DNA from: Vampirovibrionales bacterium | GTDB taxonomy: Bacteria > Cyanobacteriota > Vampirovibrionia > Vampirovibrionales > JAJTHC01 | Direction of reading: 5' to 3' | Length of the DNA: 55,588 nt | Assembly (NCBI GenBank): GCA_947458095.1 | Contig: CANGYO010000003.1 | Coordinates: 1-55,588 of the forward strand | Shown: positions 10,722-20,341 of the stretch, piece after piece | Numbering within the stretch: position 1 is the stretch's first letter | Layout: each line of letters opens with the position of its first letter | The notes under the pieces: model-generated | What the model was told of the DNA's origin: nothing | Seen by the model: the letters and a program-made list of their open reading frames with translations, nothing else | The model's database searches: none | Position numbers and translations under genes: made by a program

Positions 10722-10803
10722 CGTCATCCTGAGTGAAACGAAGGATCTCCCTAGCCCTTGCGGTTTTCATTTTGGGAGATGTTTCGCTGTGCTCAACATG
10801 ACG
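10722..10803. repeat. Long imperfect hairpin repeat (family 1, copy P1)
   Basis: Arm cgtcatcctgagtgaaacgaaggatctccc pairs with arm gggagatgtttcgctgtgctcaacatgacg at about 22 of 30 positions. Related copies lie at 32753, 37301 and 39456, each preceded by a ggggaaa-like motif. Confidence 0.75.
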
Positions 10804-10813
10804 GTGTGTGTTT

Positions 10814-12187
10814 TTAAACTTCCGTTAATAGAGGTGCGACTTGAATCGTTCTACGATGTTGACGCTGGTACTTACGCAACCACGACACCACAACACGAGC
10901 CACTTTATAAGGATTATGACGCAAGGTCTTATTCCCTGCGGTAATTTCCGCCACAATGGGACGCAACAACACTTCCGTACCACGAATACGCAACAGTTCC
11001 GCATCCAAAATCACAGGAGGCGATTCATAGCGTTCATAACGAGCCACCAAATGTTCAGGCAAGGCAGAAGAAGCCACCACCATGTCAAACTGAAAGAGAT
11101 GATCCGCATGGGCTTCAATGGCTTCGACATGTTGACTTAGGCTCATGTCATCCGTTTCGCCGGGTTGGGTCACGATGTTGGCGACGTAGATTTTAGGGGC
11201 ATGCGTGTTGGCTTGCATCGCTTCACGGATTTCTTTCAACAACAAATTGGGAATCACGCTAGTAAATAAGCTACCCGGTCCTAAAATGATAAGATCCGCC
11301 TGTAAAATAGCTTCAATGGCTTCATCGGTGGGTTTTGCATTAAACGGTTCGCAGAACAAACGCTTAATCTTCCCCTTGGCTTCAGGAATTTGAGATTCCC
11401 CACGAACCAAGGAACCATCTTCCATTTCAGCGATTAAGGTAATCGGCTCAAGCGTAGAAGGTAAGACTCTACCTCGAATATTCAAGACGTTTGAAGACGT
11501 GCGAATCGCTGAAAGCATGTCGCCTGTAACAGCAGACATCGCCGTTAAAAAGAGGTTGCCAAAGCTATGCCCCCCCAAGCCTCCACCGCTTTTAAAACGG
11601 TATTGAAATAAAGAGGTCATCAATTCTTCTTCACTGGCGAGTGCTGCGATGCAGTTGCGAATATCACCAGGGGGGATGATGCCGTGATCTTCACGTAGAA
11701 TCCCACTACTTCCGCCGTCGTCGCCCACTGTGACAATGGCGGTGATGTTATTGGTGTAGGTTTTGAGTCCTCGCAGCAGCGTGGAAAGCCCTGTGCCTCC
11801 CCCAATGGCAACAATTTTTGGGCCTCTGGCGAGTTTGTGGTTTTTATAGAGGTCATCCATAAATTTGGTCACCCAGCCGTTTTCGCCCATCACGGTGTTC
11901 ATGGTTTTGCGTGTACGCAAGTAACCAAAAACCAATAAGCTCACCCCTAAGACCAAAAGAGCTGAGCCTGTCACATGAGACGGTGCAAGCGTTGCCAGCC
12001 ATTTTACGATGTTTAAAATAAACGTAACGGGTTGTAGGTTGAACAGGATCGCCACACCCATTGTCAATAAAGAAAAACCTGCTACAAACATCAAGATCCA
12101 CCGCTTGATTTCATAACCAGGGAGCATCCATGTCAACGTTTTTAGAAAAGAACGGGATTTTGCCACAATGGTAAACCTTATCGTCAA
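10814..12187 (-). CDS. yvcK: YvcK/CofD-like (UPF0052) gluconeogenesis-factor family protein with N-terminal TM segments
   Basis: KIVAIGGGTGLSTLLRGLK.YT.NITAIVTVGDDGGSSG...PPGDIRNC. The start is uncertain: TTG at 12187 or ATG at 12127. Confidence 0.85.
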   Translation of the reverse strand: MTIRFTIVAKSRSFLKTLTWMLPGYEIKRWILMFVAGFSLLTMGVAILFNLQPVTFILNIVKWLATLAPSHVTGSALLVLGVSLLVFGYLRTRKTMNTVMGENGWVTKFMDDLYKNHKLARGPKIVAIGGGTGLSTLLRGLKTYTNNITAIVTVGDDGGSSGILREDHGIIPPGDIRNCIAALASEEELMTSLFQYRFKSGGGLGGHSFGNLFLTAMSAVTGDMLSAIRTSSNVLNIRGRVLPSTLEPITLIAEMEDGSLVRGESQIPEAKGKIKRLFCEPFNAKPTDEAIEAILQADLIILGPGSLFTSVIPNLLLKEIREAMQANTHAPKIYVANIVTQPGETDDMSLSQHVEAIEAHADHLFQFDMVVASSALPEHLVARYERYESPPVILDAELLRIRGTEVLLRPIVAEITAGNKTLRHNPYKVARVVVSWLRKYQRQHRRTIQVAPLLTEV

Positions 12188-12278
12188 TGTTTAGATCAGT
12201 GCCACACTCTTATTAAACCTAAAACATAAAAAAATGTGTCCCTTTTAAGGATTTTAAGAACGTTTTGAAAGCTGTTTC

Positions 12279-13187
12279 CTAGTAATCTTCATAGGGGCAA
12301 GTCGGCACAATATCTTGACGATCATCATACTCTAGCAACCAGCCACTTTCCCCAGCACTGGCGACATTTAAGGGAATCGCCTGCCCGAGTTCAGCGGCAA
12401 GTGATTCGGCTAAAGTCCACGCATTCGGCATTGTGGGACTGATGTGTAGGGTCTTGAAGCGACAGGTCATTGGCGTGCCGTTTTGAGCGACCAGCTCGTT
12501 GGATTCCAACAATAAACGTCCTTGCTCTAAGGATGCGGAAGGACTCAACCATTCATGATGTTGTTTGGGGGCTTCTAAACCACTACTCAAGTAACGTTTG
12601 CCCAAAATAATTTCAGGGGCGACAATCACATTATGCGATTTTTCCAAGTCGTCTAAATAGGATCCGTAAGAGCCGATTAAAGGCAACCAAATATCAAATT
12701 TCGCCACCGCATTGGCAACCGCCGCAGCGACTTCTGCATCCTTTGCCATGGCTTGGTACAAGGCTCCATGGGGGCGGATATGTTCAATCTTGAGTGCTTC
12801 AGGCTTTAAAACTGCCGACAACGCCCCCAATTGAACGAGGATCCACTGTTCGAGTTGTTCAGAACTCAAGGGCAGTTGCTCATAGCCCATCGAAACAGGG
12901 TCAGGGTAAGCGATATGTGCGCCTAAAGCACAGCCAAAGGCTTTCGCTTTAACCGCTTGTTCTAAGACTTTGTCAGGCAAACCGTCATGCACAAAGCAAG
13001 GTAGGTTCACGCTCGAAACGAAAGAAAGCAAAGCTTCCGCTTCTTCTGTTTCCCAAAAGGCAAGGTCACGGGTTTGGGCAATGTCGGTGTTGAGATCCAC
13101 AAAACGCTTAATTTGTGTATTTTTTTTGAGAAGCTTGCCTCGTTTTTCAAGTTCAGCTTGTGAAACTGTAAAGCTTTTGGTCACCAT
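12279..13187 (-). CDS. LamB/YcsF (5-oxoprolinase subunit A, PxpA-like) family protein, divergent
   Basis: VDLNTDIAQ (compare DLN.D.GE), GAHIAYPDP, IRPHGALYQ (compare KPHGALYN). 302 aa. No pxpB/pxpC genes are adjacent. Confidence 0.55.
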   Translation of the reverse strand: MVTKSFTVSQAELEKRGKLLKKNTQIKRFVDLNTDIAQTRDLAFWETEEAEALLSFVSSVNLPCFVHDGLPDKVLEQAVKAKAFGCALGAHIAYPDPVSMGYEQLPLSSEQLEQWILVQLGALSAVLKPEALKIEHIRPHGALYQAMAKDAEVAAAVANAVAKFDIWLPLIGSYGSYLDDLEKSHNVIVAPEIILGKRYLSSGLEAPKQHHEWLSPSASLEQGRLLLESNELVAQNGTPMTCRFKTLHISPTMPNAWTLAESLAAELGQAIPLNVASAGESGWLLEYDDRQDIVPTCPYEDY

Positions 13188-13311
13188 GGGCTTATTTCCT
13201 TCAATAATCTTATGCGTGATTCTACTATAACATAAATGCGTGTAAACTGGAAGAAGAAGGCTTTTTATGCTTTAATTAACAGAATACCTTGACAAGAAGG
13301 ATTAACTCACC

Positions 13312-14424
13312 ATGATCAGCCCAAATGCCTTAGAACAACTTGCACCTCCCTTGCTTGATGAAGCCAATAACCCTTGGCTTTTAGCACTCACGCAGATGGG
13401 GCAAGGCGTCATGCTCTGTGATGCGTCGCTAGAGATTCTATGGCTCAACGACACGCTCAAGCAAAAAATGGGTTTAGACAAACTCAATATGGTGGGTGAA
13501 TCCCTCGCTTGTTTTACCAAAACCCCGTTGCAAGGGGCTGAACAACTTCAAGAAGCCAGTCAAAAAGCCTTAGAAACTGGCGAAATCCAAACATTGAGTC
13601 TTTCGTTTAAACCTGTTTCACAATTGCGTTCTTACTTTGAAATTAAAATTGTAAAATGTAATACCACCGTAAAAGGCACACCGAATGTCTTAGCCCTTGT
13701 CTTTGAAGACAAAACAAAAGTCGTTTTAAATGAAAAAATGCGTAAGGATTTTGTGGCTAACGTCAGCCATGAGCTTCGCACGCCTCTTTCTGTGGTTAAA
13801 GGCTATGCCGAAACGCTTCTTTCAGGTGCCATTCACGACACGGAACTCGCCATAGACTTTATCAAAATCATGGAACAACACGCCAATCGACTCACCAATA
13901 TGGTCGAAGAACTGCTTGATTTGTCTCGCTTTGAAGCGGACAATTTCACCCTGCCCATGGAAGCGGTTGTTTTAGATCATGCCATTGAACGGGTGATTGC
14001 CTTAAGCCAGTCACGAGCATCCAGCAAAGGCATTCACATTCAGGTGGAAGATGCCGTTAAACGCTTACCGAAGGTCTTGGCTCATATTTCAAGCATGGAA
14101 CAGGTTTTTGCCAATCTCATTGAAAATGCGATTAAGTATAGTCCCAATCAAAGTAATGTGACGCTTTCGGTTGAAGATACAGGACAATGGTTGGTGTTTT
14201 GCATGCAGGATGAAGGCATTGGCATTGAAGCAAAGTTCATTCCTCGTTTATTTGAGCGTTTTTACAGGGTAGATAAAACCCGTTCCAAGCATTTGTCAGG
14301 CACAGGCTTGGGGCTTTCTATTGTGAAACATATTATGCAAGCCCATGAAGGGGATATTTGGGTGGAAAGTGAAGCGGGCAAGGGAAGTCGCTTTTACTTT
14401 AAACTCAAGCGTATTCAAGCTTAA
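13312..14424 (+). CDS. Sensor histidine kinase (PAS-like + HisKA + HATPase_c), soluble
   Basis: H-box FVANVSHELRTPLSVVKGYAETL, N-box NLIENAIKYSP, G-boxes DEGIGI and GTGLGLSIVK. Confidence 0.85.
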   Translation: MISPNALEQLAPPLLDEANNPWLLALTQMGQGVMLCDASLEILWLNDTLKQKMGLDKLNMVGESLACFTKTPLQGAEQLQEASQKALETGEIQTLSLSFKPVSQLRSYFEIKIVKCNTTVKGTPNVLALVFEDKTKVVLNEKMRKDFVANVSHELRTPLSVVKGYAETLLSGAIHDTELAIDFIKIMEQHANRLTNMVEELLDLSRFEADNFTLPMEAVVLDHAIERVIALSQSRASSKGIHIQVEDAVKRLPKVLAHISSMEQVFANLIENAIKYSPNQSNVTLSVEDTGQWLVFCMQDEGIGIEAKFIPRLFERFYRVDKTRSKHLSGTGLGLSIVKHIMQAHEGDIWVESEAGKGSRFYFKLKRIQA

Positions 14425-15344
14425 ATGGTATTAGAAGGGTTTTTCGTCAACACCACAAACCCTTCTAAAAATGTCATCACTTCACCCACCTTACCAGGTG
14501 GAGGCGTTGGTTGAAATAAGCCCGTACCAACTTGACGTGATCTAAATTGCTTGTCAGGATCCACCACCTTAAAGGCTCGTTTTTCTTCAGGCACGGAACG
14601 TAAATCTAATCGATAACGGGGCGTGCGTGATTGAAAGGCATCTACCGTGTCTAAGGGGTCCATTAGCTCCACATAATAATGCCCTTTCACTTCAGGAGAT
14701 TCATACACAGCGGTGACCAACACATAATGCCCCCCCTTTCGCAAAAAGCGTTTTTGTTTGGTTTCTTCCACATACCAACCCAAGTGAGCCATCACAAGTC
14801 CGCCTGAATTAAGGGCAGTGAGGATGTCGGCATTAAGGCTTGCCCACTGGGCTTGGTGTTTACGGTTATGGTAATAGTGAGCAGGCACTTTATGGATGCC
14901 TTGGTACCAAACAGCAGTCCATTCTTGAGCAAGGGCGTCTTGCGTATTTAAGTAATCCAACGCCTCTAAAACTTGGAGCATGGAGGTACCTGAACGAGGA
15001 CTCGTGTCCAAATGCCTGGCAAAGGTTTCGACGTAAGTCACGGGGGTACCTGTCACCAATTCAGGAAACAGGGGTGAAAAAAACATCGCCAGCACCGCTG
15101 GTCCACAATAGACTTTGGGGTGTGCGGTGTCATGCTGGCTAATAAAGCGATACGCATTGGGGGTGCGAGCAATAAGCTTAAGCGACGGATTAAAAGCAGG
15201 TGAACTAGCGTTTGGCATAGGTTTTTTAACCCCTTTCGTAGTGGCGGAAGAAGGGCGTATTCCATAAATAAAGAAGGTGGAAATGATTAAAAAAAAGAAA
15301 AGCAGTCGGCTTATGTTTTTTAGCATATGTTTAGCGGGAACCAT
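14421..15344 (-). CDS. Secreted or membrane-anchored hypothetical protein, possible C39-like papain-fold peptidase domain
   Basis: N-terminal hydrophobic segment. YCGPAVLAMFF is a candidate nucleophile Cys and GGHYVLVTAV a candidate His. This rests on pattern only. Confidence 0.35.
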   Translation of the reverse strand: MVPAKHMLKNISRLLFFFLIISTFFIYGIRPSSATTKGVKKPMPNASSPAFNPSLKLIARTPNAYRFISQHDTAHPKVYCGPAVLAMFFSPLFPELVTGTPVTYVETFARHLDTSPRSGTSMLQVLEALDYLNTQDALAQEWTAVWYQGIHKVPAHYYHNRKHQAQWASLNADILTALNSGGLVMAHLGWYVEETKQKRFLRKGGHYVLVTAVYESPEVKGHYYVELMDPLDTVDAFQSRTPRYRLDLRSVPEEKRAFKVVDPDKQFRSRQVGTGLFQPTPPPGKVGEVMTFLEGFVVLTKNPSNTI

Positions 15345-15420
15345 TCTTTCATCCTTTCTCGTTTGAACAGTATATCATAAAACAAGGCGTTTCCCTATTT
15401 TTAAAAAGGTGTATACTCAT

Positions 15421-15437
15421 AGTATCCGCTATATAAA
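15421..15437 (+). repeat. Family 2 repeat, short 5' block
   Basis: agtatccgctatataaa is identical to 48486-48502. It lies just upstream of the SOD-like gene. Confidence 0.5.
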
Positions 15438-15461
15438 CAGTTCTTAGGAGTATGTTCCCCC

Positions 15462-16232
15462 ATGCTGATTCAGAATGATGAAATAACCCCAGTTAAAGCC
15501 CCTACGCTTCATCGCCGTGATTTTTTAAAACTGGCTGGGGCAGGATTGTCTGGCTTATTGTTGGCATCGAGCGGTCTAAGTTCGATTGCTGCTGCCTTAG
15601 AAGCCCCCAAGCAAGACGCTTCCCTTAAAACGTTACCTGAACTCGGCGTACCCAAACGCTTCCCCCTCATTGAAAATGGAATCGACGGCTTAAGTGCTAA
15701 GCAGATTCAAGCCCATCTTAAGCTTTATGAAGGCTATGTGAAAAAATACCAAAGCATTCGCCAAGAATTGCTCGCATTCAGCCCTGAACAGCTCACCAAT
15801 GTGAATGCGACGTATCACCCTTTTCGGGAACTCTTGGTGGAAGAAAGCTTTGCACTCAATGGCATTTTACTGCATGAAGAATACTTTGGTGTTTTAACGC
15901 CTGAAGCTAAGCCCATGAGTGTCTATTTAAAGTCATTACTTGCCAAGCACTTTGGATCCATTGAAGGGTTTCAAGCTCAATTAGTGGCATCCGCCAAAGC
16001 CATGCGTGGCTGGGCGATTTTAGGCTACTGCCCTCGATACAAAAATTTGAGCTTTTACGGGCTAGATGCTCACCACACGTTTTCACCGATGGGGGTGCAT
16101 CCTGTTTTGGTGGTGGATGTGTATGAGCATGCCTATCTCATTGATTACGGCACAGACCGTTCCGCTTACTTAAACGCCTTGTGGAAGCAGATTGACTGGA
16201 CGCTTGTCGAAGCTCGTTTGTCGTCGATATAG
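15462..16232 (+). CDS. Fe/Mn superoxide dismutase family protein with twin-arginine signal
   Basis: N-terminal RRDFLKLAGAG is a Tat motif. The C-terminal DVYEHAYLIDY...YLNALWKQIDW resembles D.WEHAYY...W..vnW. Candidate ligand His residues occur in QAHLKLY and ILLHEEYF. Confidence 0.65.
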   Translation: MLIQNDEITPVKAPTLHRRDFLKLAGAGLSGLLLASSGLSSIAAALEAPKQDASLKTLPELGVPKRFPLIENGIDGLSAKQIQAHLKLYEGYVKKYQSIRQELLAFSPEQLTNVNATYHPFRELLVEESFALNGILLHEEYFGVLTPEAKPMSVYLKSLLAKHFGSIEGFQAQLVASAKAMRGWAILGYCPRYKNLSFYGLDAHHTFSPMGVHPVLVVDVYEHAYLIDYGTDRSAYLNALWKQIDWTLVEARLSSI

Positions 16233-16240
16233 TATCTCTT

Positions 16241-16525
16241 TTAAATGGTATCAACATCCGTCACAACCACAAAGACTTTTGTTCGCTCAAAACGACTTTT
16301 CAAATCTAGGGCGAGTTCCGTGGCATTTTCAGCAGGCACCACCAAAAACGTATACAACGACGTAGGGGTCAAGTATTCACTACGGTACAAACCATGGTTT
16401 GGCCCTAAGCTGTTAGATACGGTAATACTGGTGAATCCACCCAATTTTTTTTCGGCACAAAACTCGGTAATCAAATAAAGATCCACTTCATCATGCACAA
16501 AGGCAATTTTCTTATGAGTTGACAT
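16241..16525 (-). CDS. Small PII-like (SbtB-like) protein candidate downstream of the SbtA-like permease
   Basis: 94 aa and same strand, 71 bp after the permease. The size and alternating beta/alpha-looking pattern are consistent with PII-like partners of DUF897 transporters. The call rests mainly on context. Confidence 0.4.
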   Translation of the reverse strand: MSTHKKIAFVHDEVDLYLITEFCAEKKLGGFTSITVSNSLGPNHGLYRSEYLTPTSLYTFLVVPAENATELALDLKSRFERTKVFVVVTDVDTI

Positions 16526-16596
16526 GGAACAGTTTCCTTTTCTCTCTGATTTTTAAAGACTTTAAATATAAATTTACCTAACAGTTGACGGCTTTT

Positions 16597-17613
16597 TTAG
16601 TGAATGAACTGCTTTAGTAAGTAAAAATACAAGGGAATGCCAAGGGTCACGTTAAAGGTAAAAGTGACCCCTAGTGCCACAGGCAATAGCAAAGACATAT
16701 TGGCTTTAGGAATGGCGGTACGCATCGCGGCAGGAACCGCCACATAAGAAGCGGAAGCCACCAAGACCATCAGAATCAAGGCATCGCCAATGTGTAGATT
16801 GATCAATTTGGCAATCAACAAACCTAAGGAAGCGCCCACCAAAGGGTAAAGCAAACCAAAGGTGATGAGGAATCCGCTGGATTCTTTGAAGTCTGAAAAA
16901 CGCTTGGCCGCAATAATCCCCATGTCGAGCATGTAGAAGGACAAGACGCCTTTGAAGATGTCGTCCACAAAAGGCTTGAGTTCTTCAGCCCCTGCTTTTC
17001 CGCCGAGAATACCAATCACCAAACTACCGACGAGTAAAATAATCGATCCATTGAAAAAGGCTTCATGCAACACACCCTTAATGTTAATCGGACGAGCAGG
17101 TCGTACCGCAGGAGCATCTGTGCCGGCTTCAGCAAGTGCAGCCTTACGCTGGGTTTTAGAAACTTGATAGAGTAATAAACCCGCAATAATTGCAGGCGAT
17201 TCCATTAACGCCATACAAGCAACCATGTAGCCTGAAAATTCAGTGTGTTGTGTGCCTAAGAACGACACGGCAGTGGCAAAAGTGACCGCACTCACGGATC
17301 CGTAGGTGGCGGCAATCGCAGAAGCGTCATGCGTTTGCAGTTTGAGACGCAAGACTTTATATAAGGCAAAAGGCATAAGAAACGAGATTGAAATACAGAC
17401 CGTCATCATCACAATCATGTGAGGATCCAAACCGCTTTTAAAGAGGGCTTCTCCCCCATGTATCCCAATATCAAAAAGCAAATACAGGGACAAAAACTTA
17501 CTCACTTGCGACGGGATTTCAAGGTTTGAACGCACCAAAACAGACGTCAACCCTAAAATAAAGAACATCACAGGGGGATGCAACACATTCTGCAACAGGG
17601 ATTCTAAAAACAT
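16597..17613 (-). CDS. Sodium-dependent bicarbonate transporter family permease (SbtA/DUF897-like)
   Basis: 338 aa. Contains PPVMFFILGL...SNLEIP...LSLYLLFDIGIHGG and the C-terminal ASASYVAVPAAMRTAIPKANMSLLLPVALGVTFTFNVTLGIPLY, typical of the family. Confidence 0.75.
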   Translation of the reverse strand: MFLESLLQNVLHPPVMFFILGLTSVLVRSNLEIPSQVSKFLSLYLLFDIGIHGGEALFKSGLDPHMIVMMTVCISISFLMPFALYKVLRLKLQTHDASAIAATYGSVSAVTFATAVSFLGTQHTEFSGYMVACMALMESPAIIAGLLLYQVSKTQRKAALAEAGTDAPAVRPARPINIKGVLHEAFFNGSIILLVGSLVIGILGGKAGAEELKPFVDDIFKGVLSFYMLDMGIIAAKRFSDFKESSGFLITFGLLYPLVGASLGLLIAKLINLHIGDALILMVLVASASYVAVPAAMRTAIPKANMSLLLPVALGVTFTFNVTLGIPLYFYLLKQFIH

Positions 17614-17833
17614 AAAAACGACCTCTTTTAAACGGATTTATAGGCCCGATCGAAAAGAAAGGTATACGCAACACAGGATAAGTTAAAAGATAAAAATCAC
17701 ATCTTTGGGAGGGGGCTTTTTGTATCATACACCCATTTGAAAAAGGGACAAGTTTTTTTTAAAGGGTTCGTCTGCGAAGAGGACAAAAATCTCTTCGTAC
17801 GTAGGGGCTGTCTATTCACTCGTTTAATTGGTA

Positions 17834-19120
17834 TTACAAGACCCGCAAAACACAATCCACCGCCTGCGTCGAAGCCAATGAGCGAATGGCAGACAAGGCT
17901 TCTTGCACCGAAGATTCTTGGGCGATGTGCGTGACGACCATTAAGCTCGTGTGCGGATTGTTCTGCGGATTCGGCAACTGCAAAAAGGACTCCAAACTCA
18001 CGCCAGCATTGCCAAAGGCTGTTCCCAAAGCCGCTAAAACCCCAGGTTCGTCGGCGGTGGTCATACGAATATAATAACGATTCGTGGTTTCGCCAATGGG
18101 CTGTAACACCGCAGGCTCTTTCAAGTCTAAGACCATACCCACCGCCGTTTTCGCATTGCCTGCCTCTAAATCCGCCACAATCGCCAAAACATCACCCATG
18201 ACCGAACTGGCGGTGGGCAGCTCACCTGCTCCCTTGCCTGAAAACATGGCATCGCCGACGGCATCGCCACGCACCCAAATGGCGTTATACTCGTTATGCA
18301 CGCTTGAAAGCGGATGCTCATTCGGCACCAACATCGGATGCACACGCACATCGGGGCGTTCATTCTTCAAGCGAGCCAACGCCACCAAGCGAATCGTGTA
18401 GCCAAACTGCTTGGCATAATCCACCTCTCGTGGGGTAATCGGCGTGATGCCTTCCACCGTCATATCTTTGACATTGACCCAATGCCCTGTGGCAAGCCCT
18501 GCCAAAATCGCAATTTTATAGGCGGCATCAAAACCTTCGACATCACTGCTGGGGTCGGCTTCGGCGTATCCGAGGGCTTTGGCTTTATCCAATGCATCCT
18601 CATACGTCCAGCCGTCTTGCATCATACGAGTCAAAATATAGTTGGTCGTGCCGTTTAAAATGCCGGCGATTTCTTCAATTTGATTCGACGCCAAACCCAT
18701 TTTCAAAGGCGTGACAATCGGCACACCTCCTGCCACGGCAGCTTCAAACAATAGACTGACGTCATGCTTTTTCGCTAAGGCAAAGAGTTCGGTTCCATGT
18801 TGAGCAATGAGGGCTTTGTTGGCGGTGACCACATGCTTGCCTGCTTGAATCGCTGCTTCGAGCAACTCTTTAGTGCCTTCGACACCCCCAGCGACTTCAA
18901 TCAAAATATCGATGTCAGGATGCACCGCCACCGCATGAGCATCCAGCGTTAAGAGTGATGTATCCAAATCGTCGATGCCACGCTCTTTTTCAAGATTCTG
19001 CACCGCAACAGCGACGACTTCAAGCTGAGGCAAGCGTTGAATCAGCTTATACGTGCCTTGCCCGACCGTGCCTAAGCCGATCATACCGATTTTAAGGGGT
19101 GTTTTTTGGGAGGGATTCAT
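17834..19120 (-). CDS. hom: Homoserine dehydrogenase with C-terminal ACT domain
   Basis: KIGMIGLGTVGQG, VVTANKALIA, and an ILNGTTNYIL-type core. 428 aa. Confidence 0.9.
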   Translation of the reverse strand: MNPSQKTPLKIGMIGLGTVGQGTYKLIQRLPQLEVVAVAVQNLEKERGIDDLDTSLLTLDAHAVAVHPDIDILIEVAGGVEGTKELLEAAIQAGKHVVTANKALIAQHGTELFALAKKHDVSLLFEAAVAGGVPIVTPLKMGLASNQIEEIAGILNGTTNYILTRMMQDGWTYEDALDKAKALGYAEADPSSDVEGFDAAYKIAILAGLATGHWVNVKDMTVEGITPITPREVDYAKQFGYTIRLVALARLKNERPDVRVHPMLVPNEHPLSSVHNEYNAIWVRGDAVGDAMFSGKGAGELPTASSVMGDVLAIVADLEAGNAKTAVGMVLDLKEPAVLQPIGETTNRYYIRMTTADEPGVLAALGTAFGNAGVSLESFLQLPNPQNNPHTSLMVVTHIAQESSVQEALSAIRSLASTQAVDCVLRVL

Positions 19121-19155
19121 GGGGAAGCGTCCTATACAATTAAAAAAGCAGTGGG

Positions 19156-19920
19156 TTAAACAGCGGATGTTTTGGGAACCGTGGTAATCACCATTGCCCG
19201 AAGCAGTGCTTGATTAGACTCTATTTTATCACAAATGGTGTGATTGGCATCCTTCCGTTCTTCGGCGTTTTGGAATGCCGTTTCTAAAAGCCTTAAACAC
19301 GCATTCAAGGTGGTGCCTGTGGTCATAAAATCGTCGACGACAATGAGATAAGGGTGCTTTTTTTGATGCCTTAAACGCTCAAGAAACGCAGGGTTGAGCG
19401 TGAATCGCTTTTGCATGAGCCGTTGTCGTTCAGCGATGCTTTGACTGTGGTGCAAAGATTTCACGCCGTCTTCTGTCTGATTAAACGCAATGGCATCAGA
19501 AAAATAATGCCAGTTTTGCGTTTTAGCGAGTGGGGCTAAAAACGGAGCAAAGATATTGGCTTTACCTGCTTGAAACGGCGGATGCACCAGCCATACAGGA
19601 CGATCCTTATTCACAAAATCCATGTGAAAAACCGCTTGCTTGAAAGCAGTTTCGATCAAAAATAAATGCCCGTAACGCTTGTAAAACTTGACGCCATACC
19701 AAATCCGCTGAATGCGACGGTTCCATGTAAACAGTCGCCAAATCGGGATGCCTCCTTCCGTGGGGTTGAGTTGTTCAGGCTTAAACTGAAGGGTTTCAGC
19801 ACAAGGCAGGCAGATGGCATAGTCATCTTGCAGCACTTTACACTTGGGGCAGTGTGCCTTGCCAAATAAGACGTGTAGTTCTTGAAAGAAATGGATAAAG
19901 GCACGGAACGTATTTTTCAC
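19156..19920 (-). CDS. comF: ComF family protein (phosphoribosyltransferase domain)
   Basis: N-terminal CPKC...CLPC zinc-ribbon-like motif and the C-terminal PRTase motif YLIVVDDFMTTGTTL. GTG start, 35 bp downstream of hom. Confidence 0.75.
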   Translation of the reverse strand: MKNTFRAFIHFFQELHVLFGKAHCPKCKVLQDDYAICLPCAETLQFKPEQLNPTEGGIPIWRLFTWNRRIQRIWYGVKFYKRYGHLFLIETAFKQAVFHMDFVNKDRPVWLVHPPFQAGKANIFAPFLAPLAKTQNWHYFSDAIAFNQTEDGVKSLHHSQSIAERQRLMQKRFTLNPAFLERLRHQKKHPYLIVVDDFMTTGTTLNACLRLLETAFQNAEERKDANHTICDKIESNQALLRAMVITTVPKTSAV

Positions 19921-20128
19921 AGAAAACCTCTAATCAAGACAACAATAAGCTTGCAAGGCTAATGGGTGTGACATCCTTACACTTGAAAGTGTAGCAAAGA
20001 TTCCAAGTCAAGCAAAGGCGTAAAAGAAGGATTATACTCATTATATAAGCAAATGCTTGAAAACCTCTTTTTCTTTTGAAGAGCTTAGAACCAACATTCT
20101 TTTTCTTTTACCTATTTCGTCACTCGCC

Positions 20129-20183
20129 TTGACGTCTTTGACGTCAAACAATAGGGATGCGTTCTGTTGTACAACGCATCCCT
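20129..20183. other. Two adjacent perfect hairpins downstream of fusA
   Basis: ttgacgtc-ttt-gacgtcaa at 20129-20147, and agggatgcgtt-(9 nt)-aacgcatccct at 20153-20183. There is no clear U-tract on the minus strand. Confidence 0.45.
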
Positions 20184-20220
20184 GTTGACGGCGGGCTTTT
20201 AGAGTTTTCCGTACAGAGTC

Positions 20221-20326
20221 TATACTTTGTCACTACGATTATTTTGTTCTGTTATGTAGGTCTGTCTACACGCCTTCACAAAATAATCTAGGCTCCTCGT
20301 CTAGCCACCTGTACAGAAAAACTAAA
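20221..20326 (+). repeat. Family 2 repeat, copy C
   Basis: ttgtcactacgatt..gttatgtagg..ctacacgcc..tctaggctcct..gtacagaaaaacta is collinear with copies A and B. Confidence 0.6.
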
Positions 20327-20341
20327 GATGCCTATAGAAGA

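Noticed and set aside
10687-10944. 85-aa ORF containing VILSETKDL...
   Set aside because: It is produced by translating hairpin repeat P1 and then running antisense into the yvcK 3' end. Similar pseudo-peptides arise at the other repeat copies.
12279-13187. Treating the LamB/YcsF-like gene as a functional 5-oxoprolinase
   Set aside because: Only the A-subunit-like gene is present, and its conserved DLN.D.GE motif is altered (DLNTDIAQ). The family call is kept but the function is left open.
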